DNA from: an uncultured Bacillota bacterium
GTDB lineage: Bacteria > Bacillota_I > Bacilli_A > RF39 > UBA660
Assembly (NCBI GenBank): GCA_946626905.1
Contig: CAMOVA010000003.1
Span: forward strand, 1 to 40,539
DNA length: 40,539 bases
Direction: 5' to 3'
The notes under the pieces were generated by a model. That model made no database searches. It worked only from the letters and a program-made list of their open reading frames with translations, and had not been told where the DNA came from. A program made the translations under genes and the position numbers. Shown here one piece after another: positions 28,100 to 36,284 of the stretch (its first letter is position 1; the number at the start of each line of letters is the position of its first letter).

Positions 28100-30301
28100 A
28101 TGCATTATATTAAGGGTATTTATAAAAAAGCTATTTTTTCTAATGAAAATGGTTTTGTAATTGGAATTATGAAAGTAGAAGATACAGATGATTCTGAAAT
28201 GTATTTATATTTAAATAAAACCATTACTTTTACAGGAACATTTGCTAATTTAATAGAAAATGATCGTTATATATTACATGGAAAGACAGTTATTCATCCT
28301 AAGTATGGATTTCAATTTAATGTAGATAGCTATGAAAGAGTGAAACCGGAAGATAGAGAATCAATAATTGCTTTTTTATCTAGTGATTTATTTAAAACTA
28401 TAGGTGTATCAATCGCAACTTCTATAGTAGATAAGTTAGGGGTTAATGCTTTAGATAAAATATTAGAAGAGCCTTCAGTATTAGACGATGTACCAAAATT
28501 AAGTCATAAAAAAGCTAAGATAATAATAGAGACTTTAAACAAATATGAAGAAAGTCATAAGACTATTGTTTATCTTAATGAAATAGGTTTTAATTTAAAT
28601 GATGCTTTACTAATATACAATAAGTTTAAAGGTGATACTATATCTAAAATTGAATCAAATATATATAGTGTATTAGATACTGATTTGCCTATTTCTTTTT
28701 TAACAATTGATAGAATAAGTCAAAATATGACTGATGAAATTTCTATAGACAGAATAAAAGCTTGTATAGTTTATAGTATGGAGTATCTTACTAATACAAG
28801 TGGTGACACATATCTTTTTTATGATGAAATAAAGAAGATGGTGGAAAACTATTTAAATATCAAAATAGAAGATATTGATTTTAATAATTATATTGATGAA
28901 TTACGTTATGAAAATAAAATTATAAAAGAAGATGACAAATATTTTATAAAAGAGATCTTTGATTGCGAAAATAATGTGGCTAATAAATTAAAATATTTAG
29001 TTAATAATAAATCAAACAATTTAGAATTAGAACCATATTTAGAACAATTAGAATTAGAAGGTAATGTTAAATATAATGATGTCCAAAAGAAAGCTATTTT
29101 ATCTTCACTAACTAACAATGTAACTATTATAACTGGTGGCCCTGGTACAGGTAAAACTACTATAATAAAAGCAATTGTAGATCTATATATAGCAGCTAAT
29201 AAATTATCAACTGAAGAAGCTATAAAAAGAATTGCTTTACTAGCGCCTACAGGTAGAGCTAGTAAAAGAATGAGTGAAGCTACTAATTTTAATGCGTCTA
29301 CTATTCATAGATTTTTAAAATGGAACAAAGAAACTAATTCATTTATGGTAAATGAGTTTAATAAAGATTTAAGTGAACTAATAATTATAGATGAAATGAG
29401 TATGATAGATATTGTTTTATTAAATAAATTATTAGAAGGATTAACTATGAATATTAAATTAGTCTTTGTTGGTGATTATAATCAATTACCTAGTGTAGGA
29501 GCAGGACAAGTATTAAAAGATTTAATTGATAGTGATGTTATTAATAAGATAGAATTAAAATATTTATATAGACAAAGTGAAGAATCTTTTATACCAACTT
29601 TTGCTTCTTTAATAAAAGATAATGAATTAACGGATGATAATTTAATGGATAAATCAGATTTTACGTTCTTAAAATGTAATAAAGATTTAATTGTTAAAAA
29701 TTTAAAACAAATATGTAATTTGATGATAGAAAAAAATTATGATTATAAAAAAGTACAAATTATGGCTCCTATGTATGCAGGTGTTAATGGGATAGATAAT
29801 ATCAATAAAGAATTACAAGATATTTTTAATCCAAAGACAGAGTTTAAAAGAGAAATAAAAGTAGGAGATGTAATATATAGAGAAAATGATAAGATATTAC
29901 AACTTAGTAATATGCCAGATGAAAATGTTTATAATGGAGATGTTGGTACAATAAAATATATTAAAGAATCATCTGTGTCAAAAAGTCATAAAAATGAAAT
30001 TTATGTTGATTTTGATGGCAATATAGTTAGATATTTACCAAGTGATTTTAATAAAATTAAACATGGATATATTATAAGTATTCATAAATCTCAAGGTAGT
30101 GAATTTGATACTGTAATATTGCTTTTAAGTACTAGTTATTTTAGAATGTTATATAAAAAATTGTTATATACAGGTATAACTAGAGCAAAAAGAAAACTAA
30201 TATTATTAGGTGAACCTAATGCTTTAAAGTATGCGATTACTAATGATAATGAAAAGATGCGTAAAACGTCATTAAAAGATAAACTAATTAGTATAGATTA
30301 A
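28100..30301 (+). CDS. recD2: ATP-dependent RecD-like DNA helicase RecD2
   Basis: HPKYG.QF N-terminal domain, TGGPGTGKT, LAPTGRA, TIHR, DEMSM, GDYNQLPSVG, IHKSQGSEF, LLYTGITRA. Confidence 0.95.
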   Translation: MHYIKGIYKKAIFSNENGFVIGIMKVEDTDDSEMYLYLNKTITFTGTFANLIENDRYILHGKTVIHPKYGFQFNVDSYERVKPEDRESIIAFLSSDLFKTIGVSIATSIVDKLGVNALDKILEEPSVLDDVPKLSHKKAKIIIETLNKYEESHKTIVYLNEIGFNLNDALLIYNKFKGDTISKIESNIYSVLDTDLPISFLTIDRISQNMTDEISIDRIKACIVYSMEYLTNTSGDTYLFYDEIKKMVENYLNIKIEDIDFNNYIDELRYENKIIKEDDKYFIKEIFDCENNVANKLKYLVNNKSNNLELEPYLEQLELEGNVKYNDVQKKAILSSLTNNVTIITGGPGTGKTTIIKAIVDLYIAANKLSTEEAIKRIALLAPTGRASKRMSEATNFNASTIHRFLKWNKETNSFMVNEFNKDLSELIIIDEMSMIDIVLLNKLLEGLTMNIKLVFVGDYNQLPSVGAGQVLKDLIDSDVINKIELKYLYRQSEESFIPTFASLIKDNELTDDNLMDKSDFTFLKCNKDLIVKNLKQICNLMIEKNYDYKKVQIMAPMYAGVNGIDNINKELQDIFNPKTEFKREIKVGDVIYRENDKILQLSNMPDENVYNGDVGTIKYIKESSVSKSHKNEIYVDFDGNIVRYLPSDFNKIKHGYIISIHKSQGSEFDTVILLLSTSYFRMLYKKLLYTGITRAKRKLILLGEPNALKYAITNDNEKMRKTSLKDKLISID

Positions 30302-30321
30302 TTTAAATTGTTTAAAATAAT

Positions 30322-30344
30322 AATGTATGTTTATAACATACATT
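30322..30344. repeat. Perfect 10-bp inverted repeat after recD2 (terminator or operator)
   Basis: AATGTATGTT-tat-AACATACATT. Confidence 0.55.
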
Positions 30345-30371
30345 TCATATTTTTTGGCAAGGAGGTATTTT

Positions 30372-30521
30372 ATGAAAAAAATGGACATGATGTATATGTT
30401 AATGGGTGGTTGTGCTGTTTTAGCGTATCAAAAATATAAAAAGCCAATGAAAAAAGAAATAGATAAGATGACAAATAAAATTAAAAAGACTAAAAACAAT
30501 ATGCTAGAAAATATGGATTAG
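30372..30521 (+). CDS. Small Met/Lys-rich protein (49 aa), possibly YrzQ-like
   Basis: Strong SD AAGGAGGT; LMGGCAVLAYQ hydrophobic motif followed by a basic tail; terminator follows. Confidence 0.65.
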   Translation: MKKMDMMYMLMGGCAVLAYQKYKKPMKKEIDKMTNKIKKTKNNMLENMD

Positions 30522-30546
30522 AAGAAGAAAAACTTCTTCTTTTTTT
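30520..30546 (+). terminator. Intrinsic terminator
   Basis: AGAAGAAG-aaaaa-CTTCTTCTTTTTTT. Confidence 0.7.
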
Positions 30547-30600
30547 AAATAAAACTTTAGTTTATTATAGTTTTATGTTATCATATTAATAGGTGGTAGT

Positions 30601-32160
30601 ATGGATAAAGTAATCGCAGTACTAAAAAAGATTAAAGTAATCCTAACAAGTTTTTTTATAAAAGTATTTAATGCTATTAAAAATGCAATATCAAAAATAG
30701 TAACAAATATAAAAAATAAAAAAATGGATATAAAAGAAGTTTTAGAAAAAACTGATAAAAAAATTAAAGCAATAGAAATTAGTTATCCAAATGAATATTC
30801 TAAAAATATTCTTAATACATATATTAAACAATTAAAAAAGAAGGTAAATAAACTATCAGATAATAAGATAGCTAAAACTAGAGAAGATGAAAAACTTCTT
30901 CAAAAGAAAATAAAACAAATTAATAGTTTAATTGATAAAATAGATAAGTATAAAAATTCTTTAGAAGAACCAATTGTAAAAGAACAAGTTTCTTTTAAAC
31001 AAAAAAGTGTTAATTTTGCAAGTAAAACAAAAACAACATCTAAACAAGCAATAGGTGCTATTAACAAAACAACAACAAATTTTATTAATAGTAAGTTTGT
31101 ATTAACTATAAAAATGGCTATTATAAAATTCTTTAAAATGCTAGTTAAATTATTAATAACTTTATTTAAATTAATAGTAGGTTTTATATCTAAAGTAATA
31201 ATAAACATAAAAGAATTTATTAAACGTAAAAAGAAGAAAAGAAAAGAGAAAAAATTATTAATAGATAATCTTAAATATTTGAATAGAAAAATTAATTTTT
31301 CATACGAAAAAATATCAAAGATTAAAAATACTAATAGTTCAACAAGATTAGAAGAATTATTATTCTTAAAAGAAAAAATAATAGATTTACAAGATAATTA
31401 TATAAAGTTTACAAAAATGAAAGGTTTTAGTAATCTTAGAAAATCTAAAAAAGTTAATTCAATTGATCCAAATCATTTAGTTCATCATGATAAAGCAATT
31501 AATGATTTATTAGGTTATTTAGAAAATTCAATTGATGAAACAAGTAAACAAAAAGAGGTAGTAGAACAACCTATAAAAGAAGAGGTAAAACCAGTTAAAA
31601 AAGAATTTGTTATTGATCCAAATCAATTATTATTAATTAAAAATAGTATAAAGAAAGATGTAGCAAATTCAATTAAAGAAATCAAAAAAATAAGAAAAGA
31701 AGTAGACGATATTCCTTATAAATATCAAAAAGATGCATTACTTTCTAGACTGTCTAATTTTTTTAAATTTTCAATTAAAACCGCTATAACATTAATACCA
31801 TTTGGAGTGTTTAAAAATAAGTTATATGCTACATTAACAAGTGGTATTATATTAAATAATAAAATTAGATCTATTCAGTCAATTACTAAAAAAACTAATG
31901 TTGCATTTGTTAATTATGAAGCATTATTAAATAGTATTACAGATAAAATGAGCTGTTTATCAAATATCAATTATATTTTAGATGATACAGTAACTAGAAT
32001 AGATTCTATTAATAAAGATTTATTACAAAACTATAATGAAAGTGCAGAATCTTTAAGTTTAATTAAAAATTTAGAAGAAATGAAAATAGATTTATTAGAT
32101 GAAAATAATAAAATAATCGAAATGATTGATGAAGAAAAAGAAGAAAGAAAGAAAAAATAA
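30601..32160 (+). CDS. Hypothetical Lys-rich helical/coiled-coil protein
   Basis: 519-aa open ORF, SD AGGTGG; amphipathic segments. Confidence 0.7.
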   Translation: MDKVIAVLKKIKVILTSFFIKVFNAIKNAISKIVTNIKNKKMDIKEVLEKTDKKIKAIEISYPNEYSKNILNTYIKQLKKKVNKLSDNKIAKTREDEKLLQKKIKQINSLIDKIDKYKNSLEEPIVKEQVSFKQKSVNFASKTKTTSKQAIGAINKTTTNFINSKFVLTIKMAIIKFFKMLVKLLITLFKLIVGFISKVIINIKEFIKRKKKKRKEKKLLIDNLKYLNRKINFSYEKISKIKNTNSSTRLEELLFLKEKIIDLQDNYIKFTKMKGFSNLRKSKKVNSIDPNHLVHHDKAINDLLGYLENSIDETSKQKEVVEQPIKEEVKPVKKEFVIDPNQLLLIKNSIKKDVANSIKEIKKIRKEVDDIPYKYQKDALLSRLSNFFKFSIKTAITLIPFGVFKNKLYATLTSGIILNNKIRSIQSITKKTNVAFVNYEALLNSITDKMSCLSNINYILDDTVTRIDSINKDLLQNYNESAESLSLIKNLEEMKIDLLDENNKIIEMIDEEKEERKKK

Positions 32161-32171
32161 GAGGTGATTTT

Positions 32172-32450
32172 ATGGAACTTATAGTTAGTAGAAAAAAAAG
32201 AATGTTAGGAATGGCAATTAATTTTCCTGTATATTTAGATGGAGAGAAAATAGGAACTTTGAAGAATGGTTCAAAAGTAACTGCACCTATAACACCAGGT
32301 AAACATGTTGTTACAATTAAATCTCTTGAAAAAAAAGTAGAACAAGGGCTTATTGTAAAAGAAGATACTAAGAGTGTTGAAATAAAAGCTACACTTAAAA
32401 TGGGCATACTAGCAGGTAGAGTTGTATTAGAAGACATAATATATAATTAA
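32172..32450 (+). CDS. Hypothetical small beta-rich protein
   Basis: SD GAGGTGA; VYLDGEKIGTLKNG...ITPGKH.V pattern resembles PEGA/DUF2846-like domains. Confidence 0.65.
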   Translation: MELIVSRKKRMLGMAINFPVYLDGEKIGTLKNGSKVTAPITPGKHVVTIKSLEKKVEQGLIVKEDTKSVEIKATLKMGILAGRVVLEDIIYN

Positions 32451-32493
32451 GAGTAGAGATACTCTTTTTGTTTTGTAATTAATATGGTATAAT
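32449..32493 (+). promoter_or_regulatory. Terminator followed by an extended -10 promoter heading the cassette array/rbgA operon
   Basis: AAGAGTA-gaga-TACTCTTTTT, then TGgTATAAT (32485-32493). Confidence 0.6.
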
Positions 32494-32530
32494 CTTAGTG
32501 TGTCAGTGAAGAAAAGAAACTGGTGATACT

Positions 32531-33121
32531 ATGGAGAAATTTTATTTTGAATTGCCTTCAATAAAAAGAAAAGAAGATATTTTAGATTTTTTAGATGAGT
32601 TTGTAAAATATGGCTCTGATCTTAATGGTGCGGGAGCATTAGATAAAATATATGAAGGCTATACATTTGAAGAGGCTCTTGATAGATGCTTAAAAACTGA
32701 AAATGAAGAATATGCTAGAAGTATTAATAGGTGTCCTGGAAAAGTGTTTCTTTTAATTAGAGAAAAAGATAATAAAATTGTTGGATGTATTAATTTAAGA
32801 TGGAATCTAACTGAAGAAGTACTTAAGTTTGGTGGTCATATAGGTTATAGTATTAGACCAACTGAAAGAAAAAAAGGTTATAATAAAATTAATTTATATC
32901 TTATATTAAAAGAAGCAAAGAAAATAGGTTTAGATAAAGTAATGCTAGATTGTAGCGTAAATAATATAGGTTCTGATAAAACAATAAAAGCATTAGGTGG
33001 GGTTTTAGAAAGATGCGAAGTAGATCCATGGGATAATGAACTTACTAATGTATATTGGATTGATGTCAATAGTTCTTTAGAAAAATATAAAGATATATAT
33101 GAACAATATATTTTAAAATAA
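32531..33121 (+). CDS. GNAT family acetyltransferase (first gene of the array)
   Basis: IVGCINLR, GGHIGYSIRPTERKKGY, NIGSDKTIKALGG. Confidence 0.88.
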   Translation: MEKFYFELPSIKRKEDILDFLDEFVKYGSDLNGAGALDKIYEGYTFEEALDRCLKTENEEYARSINRCPGKVFLLIREKDNKIVGCINLRWNLTEEVLKFGGHIGYSIRPTERKKGYNKINLYLILKEAKKIGLDKVMLDCSVNNIGSDKTIKALGGVLERCEVDPWDNELTNVYWIDVNSSLEKYKDIYEQYILK

Positions 33122-33131
33122 AGAAGATGAT

Positions 33132-33161
33132 ATGAATGAAAATAAAACTAATATAAACTGG
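33132..33161 (+). repeat. Copy 1 of rbgA codons 1-10 (att-like site)
   Basis: ATGAATGAAAATAAAACTAATATAAACTGG, 28/30 identical to the rbgA start at 34398-34427. Confidence 0.92.
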
Positions 33162-33162
33162 T

Positions 33163-33216
33163 TGGCTTGTAATATGCCGACAAATTTAATATTAACAAAA
33201 AAGAGGTGATTATATG
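33163..33216 (+). repeat. Conserved cassette leader, copy A
   Basis: TGGCTTGTAATATGCCGACAAATTTAATATTAACAAAAAAGAGGTGATTATATG; about 46/54 identical to 33903-33954 by manual alignment. Confidence 0.9.
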
Positions 33217-33720
33217 ATATCTTTAACTGAATATAAACAGTATCTGATCAGTGTTTGTCACTGGCCAATAGATCATGATATTGCTGAAATTGAGAAAAGA
33301 AAGAATATAATGAATAAGAGATATTCAGATGAATATTTAGAAAAAATCATTTCTGATACATATAGTTTTATATATGATGTTTTAGAATCTGAAACAGTTA
33401 AAGATGGTTATTTTGAAAAAGCTGTTGATGATGATACAACTTCATATATAGATTTGAATTTATCTGGTGGTGCGGATTCGGACACTTTATTTGTTGATGA
33501 TAACACAGGAAGAATAATAAGTAATTATTTGATACATCAAGTTTTGGGAAGGAATTTGATTATTTATATTAAATGTGATGAAATTGAAGATGATAGTGAT
33601 GAAGATATTTTGAGTTTTTATTTTAGATATTATATTTACATACAAGGATTTCCTGAAAATATTGATAAAGTAAAAGAAAGTATTTTTGGAAAAAGTAAAC
33701 AATTAAAAAAAAGGAGTTGA
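33214..33720 (+). CDS. Hypothetical acidic protein (cassette A cargo)
   Basis: 168-aa ORF with SD GAGGTGA; its stop overlaps the AAGGAGTTGA RBS of the next rbgA copy. Confidence 0.75.
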   Translation: MISLTEYKQYLISVCHWPIDHDIAEIEKRKNIMNKRYSDEYLEKIISDTYSFIYDVLESETVKDGYFEKAVDDDTTSYIDLNLSGGADSDTLFVDDNTGRIISNYLIHQVLGRNLIIYIKCDEIEDDSDEDILSFYFRYYIYIQGFPENIDKVKESIFGKSKQLKKRS

Positions 33721-33725
33721 TAGGG

Positions 33726-33755
33726 ATGAATGAAAATAAAACTAATATAAACTGC
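33726..33755 (+). repeat. Copy 2 of rbgA codons 1-10 (att-like site)
   Basis: ATGAATGAAAATAAAACTAATATAAACTGC, preceded by AAGGAGTTGAT as at the real rbgA. Confidence 0.92.
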
Positions 33756-33902
33756 CTGTCCTGTATTTATGACGACTATCACTTAAACCCTTATAAAATG
33801 GGAGTTTTTAAGAATTGACATCTTGCAAGTTTTAGTAAAAAAGAAAGAAAAATTTGAAAAAATAGGTTAAAATATACTCATTTTTGAGAGGAATTATTGT
33901 AC

Positions 33903-33954
33903 TGGCTTGTAATATGCGACATATTTTATATTTATAAAAAGAGGTGAATTTATG
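33903..33954 (+). repeat. Conserved cassette leader, copy B
   Basis: TGGCTTGTAATATGCGACATATTTTATATTTATAAAAAGAGGTGAATTTATG. Confidence 0.9.
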
Positions 33955-34383
33955 GATTATAAATTGATTAAGTCATCTAATGATGATATCGAGAAGTTGA
34001 TTGACTATAAAAAGAAAACAATTTTTGAATATGCTAAAGATTTATCAGAAAATGAAATTAATAAGATAAATAATTATGTAAAAAATAATGTGCCAAAACT
34101 ACTTAATAATTATTCTAATATTGTTGTAGATGATAAAGTAGTTGGATGTTTATTATTAACTGATAAAGATGATGGTACATTGTTAGATGAAATATATCTT
34201 GAAGAAAAATATAGAAATAAAGGTATAGGAACTAATATTATAAAAGAAGTTATAAACAATAATGATATAATATATTTATGGGTATATAAAGAAAATGTAC
34301 AGGCTATATCATTGTATAAAAAATTAGGGTTCAATGTTATAGAAGAAACTGAATCTAGATATTATATGAGATATAGTAAATAA
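33952..34383 (+). CDS. GNAT family acetyltransferase (cassette B cargo)
   Basis: EIYLEEKYRNKGIGT, LWVYKENVQAISLYKKLGF. Confidence 0.88.
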   Translation: MDYKLIKSSNDDIEKLIDYKKKTIFEYAKDLSENEINKINNYVKNNVPKLLNNYSNIVVDDKVVGCLLLTDKDDGTLLDEIYLEEKYRNKGIGTNIIKEVINNNDIIYLWVYKENVQAISLYKKLGFNVIEETESRYYMRYSK

Positions 34384-34397
34384 AGGAGTTGATCCAA

Positions 34398-35216
34398 ATG
34401 AACGAAAATAAAACTAATATAAATTGGTATCCTGGTCATATGGCGAAAACAAAAAGATTAATTAAAGAAAATTTAAGTTTAATTGATGTTGTTTATGAAG
34501 TTTTGGATGCTCGTATACCTTATTCTTCTAAAATCATTGATATAGATGATTTAATTAAGAATAAAGAAAAGGTTTTAATAATTAATAAATATGATTTATG
34601 TGATAAAAAGGAAACTGATAAGTGGGTTTCATTTTACAAATCAAAAGGTTATAAAGTTGTATGTAGTAATTTGAATGATCATAATAGTGTTAATGAAATA
34701 TTAAAAAATACTACTGGTGTTTCAAATAGAAGAACTAGAATTTTAATAGTTGGTATACCTAATGTTGGAAAATCAACATTAATAAATAGATTGGTTGGTA
34801 AGAAAGCTACTAATGTAGGAAATAAACCAGGTGTTACTAAAAATGTTAATTGGATTAGAATTAATGAGAAATTTGAACTTATGGATACACCAGGAATATT
34901 ATGGCCTAAATTTGAAAATGATACAGTAGCATTTAATTTATCATCTTTTAGAGCAATTAGAGAAGAAGTTTTACCAATTGGTAAAGTAGTTATTTATATA
35001 TTAGAAACATTAAATAAATATTATCCAAGTGTTTTAAATGAAAGATATGGTATTTCAGAAATGCCTGAAGATATTTTAGATTGTTTTGATATCATTGGGA
35101 AAAGAAGAGGTTGCCTAGTTAAGGGTGGAGAAATTGATTATGACAAAGTTTGTAATGTTGTTATGAATGATATTAATGAATATATAAAAGGAGTAACTTT
35201 TGATAGATATGAATAA
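34398..35216 (+). CDS. rbgA: Ribosome biogenesis GTPase RbgA (YlqF)
   Basis: INWYPGHMAK, DARIP.SS, NKYD, GIPNVGKS, DTPGILWPKF; ATG 34398 follows AAGGAG. Confidence 0.96.
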   Translation: MNENKTNINWYPGHMAKTKRLIKENLSLIDVVYEVLDARIPYSSKIIDIDDLIKNKEKVLIINKYDLCDKKETDKWVSFYKSKGYKVVCSNLNDHNSVNEILKNTTGVSNRRTRILIVGIPNVGKSTLINRLVGKKATNVGNKPGVTKNVNWIRINEKFELMDTPGILWPKFENDTVAFNLSSFRAIREEVLPIGKVVIYILETLNKYYPSVLNERYGISEMPEDILDCFDIIGKRRGCLVKGGEIDYDKVCNVVMNDINEYIKGVTFDRYE

Positions 35217-35577
35217 TATAAATGTATTAGCGCTTGCTTATTTAGGTGATTCTGTGTATGAAGTTTATATTAGAAGTTTTTTAATTAACAAAGGAATTGT
35301 TAATGTTAATGAATTACAAAATGAAGCAATTAAATATGTTAGTGCGAATGGACAAGCTAAATTTTTAGATATGTTACTTAATGAAAACTTTTTAACAGAA
35401 GATGAAATTGATATTGTAAAACGAGGAAGAAATCATAAAAGTCATAAAGCTCCTAAAAATACTTCTGTTTCAGTTTATAAAAATGCTACAGGTTTTGAAA
35501 CATTAATTGGATATTTATATCTAGATAATAATATTAAGAGAATAGAAGAAATAATTAAATATATTGAAAGTAAGTGA
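35209..35577 (+). CDS. mrnC: Mini-ribonuclease III
   Basis: LAYLGDSVYE, VSA..QA, KRGRN, ATGFETLIGYLYL. Confidence 0.93.
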   Translation: MNNINVLALAYLGDSVYEVYIRSFLINKGIVNVNELQNEAIKYVSANGQAKFLDMLLNENFLTEDEIDIVKRGRNHKSHKAPKNTSVSVYKNATGFETLIGYLYLDNNIKRIEEIIKYIESK

Positions 35578-35581
35578 TATT

Positions 35582-36283
35582 ATGTATGTTTATGGTAAAA
35601 ATGTATTAGAAGATGTAATTCAAACAAAAAAGAAAATATTATGTGCATATTTATATAAAAACTATAAAGATCAAAATTATTTGGATTATTTTAAAAAGAA
35701 TAATATAAAAATTAAGTTTTTAGAGAAATATGAAATGGATAAGATGGTTAATGGATTACATCAAGGTGTTATTTTAAATATAGAAGATTATAAATATGCA
35801 TCTTTAGAAGATGTATTAGTAAATGAAAATCCTTTATTAGTTATCTTAGACCATTTAGAAGATCCTCATAATTTAGGTGCGATAATTCGTACTTGTGAGG
35901 CTGCTAAAGTAGATGGTATTATTATTCCAAAAGATCGTAGTGTAGAAGTAAATGCTACTGTATATAAAACTAGTGTAGGAACAGTTGATAGAGTAAAAAT
36001 AGTACAAGTTACTAATATTGTTAATACAATTAATGACTTAAAGAAAAAGGGATTTTGGATTACTGGTACAGATATGAATGGTACAAATTATAGAGATATT
36101 GATTATAATGGTAAATCAGCTATTGTAATTGGAAATGAAGGACATGGTATGTCTAGATTAGTAAAAGAAAATGTTGATTTTATTGCGACTATTCCAATGA
36201 AAGGACAAGTTAATAGTTTAAATGCTTCTGTTGCTGCAGGTATAATTATTTTTGAAGCAGTAGCAAAAAGAGAGTTGGGATAA
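35582..36283 (+). CDS. rlmB: 23S rRNA Gm2251 methyltransferase (TrmH family)
   Basis: HQGV, DPHNLGAIIRT, IGNEGHG, IPMKGQVNSLNASVA. Confidence 0.92.
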   Translation: MYVYGKNVLEDVIQTKKKILCAYLYKNYKDQNYLDYFKKNNIKIKFLEKYEMDKMVNGLHQGVILNIEDYKYASLEDVLVNENPLLVILDHLEDPHNLGAIIRTCEAAKVDGIIIPKDRSVEVNATVYKTSVGTVDRVKIVQVTNIVNTINDLKKKGFWITGTDMNGTNYRDIDYNGKSAIVIGNEGHGMSRLVKENVDFIATIPMKGQVNSLNASVAAGIIIFEAVAKRELG

Positions 36284-36284
36284 T

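Larger units (their letters stand above)
33162..33755 (+). mobile_element. Putative single-gene cassette A (conserved leader, orphan gene, rbgA RBS plus codons 1-10)
   Basis: Bounded by direct repeats of the rbgA 5' end; leader shared with cassette B. Confidence 0.7.
33756..34427 (+). mobile_element. Putative cassette B (~145-bp non-coding segment, conserved leader, GNAT gene, functional rbgA 5' end)
   Basis: Bounded by direct repeats of the rbgA 5' end; supplies the RBS and start now used by rbgA. Confidence 0.68.

Noticed and set aside
33132-34427. Repeats as a CRISPR array or an assembly artefact
   Set aside because: The spacers are whole genes of 0.6-0.7 kb, the repeat is the rbgA start, there are no cas genes, and the copies carry distinct substitutions and flanks.
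30601-35216. An integrase or transposase serving the array
   Set aside because: No ORF in the window shows tyrosine-recombinase, serine-recombinase or DDE motifs that I can recognise.
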